Origin: Pelomyxa schiedti
Lineage: Eukaryota > Protista > Evosea
Assembly (NCBI GenBank): GCA_020536535.1
Contig: JAHLWZ010000225.1
Span: 21,404 to 85,403 of the forward strand
Direction: 5' to 3'
Length of the DNA stretch: 64,000 bases
A program made the position numbers and the translations under genes. The notes under the pieces are model-generated. The model saw nothing but the letters and a program-made list of their open reading frames with translations. It was not told where the DNA came from and searched no databases. Below, piece by piece: positions 62,050 through 64,000 of the stretch (its first letter is position 1; each line of letters starts with the position of its first letter).

Positions 62050-63189
62050 ATGACGTCGTTCTTTTTATGTCTTTTCCTACACATCACTCTTGCATGTTTG
62101 AGCCAATGCAAGAGTGGGTACGAACATATAATCCCAGTTTGCCTGTCAGGCAGAATGGGACTTGTGTGTGGGAGGCTCCAGACAGTGGCCTATGTCATAA
62201 AACCAGAGATAGAATGCAACCGAGCCACTATCCAGGAAGCAATGGTGGAGATATCACGGCTGACCCCTCTTAAGTTTGTTGAGAGCGGATCACTCCCTGA
62301 CAGAATTGTGTTTGGTCGTGAGAATGACCCTAACTGTGCAGGGCATTCTTGGGTTGGGCGGAAATCAGGCCCTCAGGAACTTCATCTGCAACCAGGTGCA
62401 TCCCTGCACACTACTTTGCATGAAATATGTCACAGCTTGGGCTTTATACATACACACTCGAGGCCTGACCGCGATAGGTTTCGTATTTCATGAGGCTCTT
62501 CTCTTGTTAACTCCTGTATATAGGTACATATCTGTAAAGATACACAATTGCTTGGTCGGATATCGAGACAATTTTCAGATTGAGGGGGCATCAGTAGGGC
62601 CATATGACTTTGCTTCAGTAATGAACTACCCAGTAGACAGTGCGTTTGGTCGCGACGTGTGGGCTCCCCTCACAGCCGTTAGAACTTGGGAGCCAATTGG
62701 AAAGCCAAGCAAGCTATCTGTTGGGGATGTGTTTGTACTTCGCTCCATCTATGGCATTCCTGACTGGGAGGCTATTCATAGCACTGTCGATTTTAACGGG
62801 GTCTGGAATGTGCGTGCATTCAGGTCTTATTTATGAGTCCCACTTTCTTACACTCAAAAAACTCCCGCTACTCGTAGGTGTGGCCCTGACACAGAAACTC
62901 CAACTCCCTGCCTTTATTCCATGACTCTTACTTCCAATGGATCCAGTGGTATTACCGGACATGGCGTATTTCCACCTCAAGAACTGTGGTCCGAAAACAT
63001 CTCATTTGAGGTTACTGGCCTTTACAGTATCTACTCTGGAACAGCTTCAATTACAATCAATTGGAGGAGATATGGCTCGTCTGATATAAATGTGGTGGTT
63101 TTCACAGACCGTAACCACAAAGCCAGAATGATGCTGGGATGGTGGAAAACCACTGAGCAACAGAAGGGTTTGATTGAGATGACCTGCTG
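62050..63189 (+). CDS. Secreted astacin-family (M12A) zinc metalloprotease with C-terminal beta-rich domain
   Basis: Signal-like MTSFFLCLFLHITLACLSQC; IQEAMVEISRLTPLKFV, CAGHSWVGR, QELHL, HEICHSLGFIHTHSRPDRD, PYDFASVMNY, KLSVGDV. 3' end uncertain. Confidence 0.85.
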
Positions 63190-63394
63190 AAGCCCCCACT
63201 GAATACCAGTTTCAAACCCAATGGGCACTTTTGTTTATAAAGTCGTCACGATTCAGCTGTAGGGATGAAGGGGTCACCCTGATTCCAAAGTGTGTGCAAG
63301 TTCCCCAATTTGGATGGGATCGGGGAGATTTAAGACAATTTGTGTGAACATTGGGGAGCTGAATTTGTACCCAAATTGGTAGTCGAAACCCAAA

Positions 63395-63494
63395 NNNNNN
63401 NNNNNNNNNNNNNNNNNNNNNNNNNNNNNNNNNNNNNNNNNNNNNNNNNNNNNNNNNNNNNNNNNNNNNNNNNNNNNNNNNNNNNNNNNNNNNN
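63395..63494. other. Assembly gap (100 N)
   Basis: Run of N. Confidence 1.
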
Positions 63495-64000
63495 TCAGTG
63501 AGTTTGATGTCTTCTTGACTGACGAAGAGATGACAGATGATACAGTTTATGTTGTTAATGTGCAGGTGGAAAATGTTACCAGCACATCACAGGAGAGTAT
63601 CAGTCTAGCATCCTCCCTCACACTTCTACCAGTTTTCATTATTGTTGTGGCTTCTCTTTTCTTGTGATGTGTGTAGTATATATACCATTTTTGTTGAACA
63701 AACAACAATTTATTTATTCAATTACCGTTACCACTTGTTCCTACCTTACCAGAAAAACTAAAATGACACACCACTTGTTGTTGTGACTCTCTTTCTCAGG
63801 TTCCCTTACTCTCTGATGGCAACAGTGTCTCCAGATCTGAATCTTGGAAGTCATTAGGTGATTGCCACATTTATCGTAAATCAAGTTGGGCCATGAGAGG
63901 TGCTAGTCCAGCCAAACCTGGGTGCCCAATGAAAGTGGTTCTGGCCCCAGGCAATGGAGCCGGTAATGTGAAGAAGTGCTTGTGGTATGGTGACCTGGAG
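63495..64000 (+). repeat. Second copy of 46611-47128 (last exon of the surface-protein gene and start of RBBP9)
   Basis: Encodes the same EFDVFLTDEE...VASLFL* exon and MRGASPAKPGCPMKVVLAPGNG start; begins exactly at the gap edge. Confidence 0.95.

Noticed and set aside
1-64000. Possible alternative genetic code (several apparent in-frame stops)
   Set aside because: Nearly all are resolved by short introns; conserved genes (TSR3, ALG8, DPYS, RRP43) read correctly and terminate with TAA/TAG/TGA in the standard code.
1-64000. tRNA, rRNA or snoRNA genes
   Set aside because: No cloverleaf with a GTTCRA T-loop in context, no rRNA-like tracts and no convincing paired C/D boxes seen by eye. An Infernal or tRNAscan run would be needed to exclude small RNAs.

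Overview
This is gene-dense, intron-rich eukaryotic genomic DNA with short GT-AG introns of about 40-100 nt, so most genes are split across several ORF-track fragments. I re-spliced them by hand. The ankyrin-like proteins starting 'xRIVWDHV/SKLLWDTV', the 'DQFVAL...RCG..S.ARLL' family and the Entamoeba-TMK-like kinase suggest an archamoeba, most likely Pelomyxa; this is an inference from recalled families, not a database result. About 25 protein-coding genes are present. Housekeeping genes: CPQ, ELO, RRP43/EXOSC8, TSR3, THO1/MOS11-like, a PQ-loop protein, ALG8, dihydropyrimidinase, RBBP9 and an MFS transporter. Signalling genes: a Cache-TM-PDE, a BAR-DH-PH-RhoGAP-PH protein and a 7TM protein. 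The most unusual items are (1) an ~11.5 kb receptor kinase with ~29 IPT/TIG modules separated by phase-1 introns at every junction I checked, (2) a PH + R-S-EXE ADP-ribosyltransferase + ubiquitin-like/PB1-like protein, (3) an intron-containing stand-alone GIY-YIG nuclease, (4) an RDM1 (RRM + RAD52-motif) homolog, and (5) a predicted GPI-anchored surface protein whose N-terminus resembles a polymorphic-toxin domain. A 100-N gap (63395-63494) is followed by a diverged copy of 46611-47128. I found no tRNA, rRNA, CRISPR array or intact transposon.
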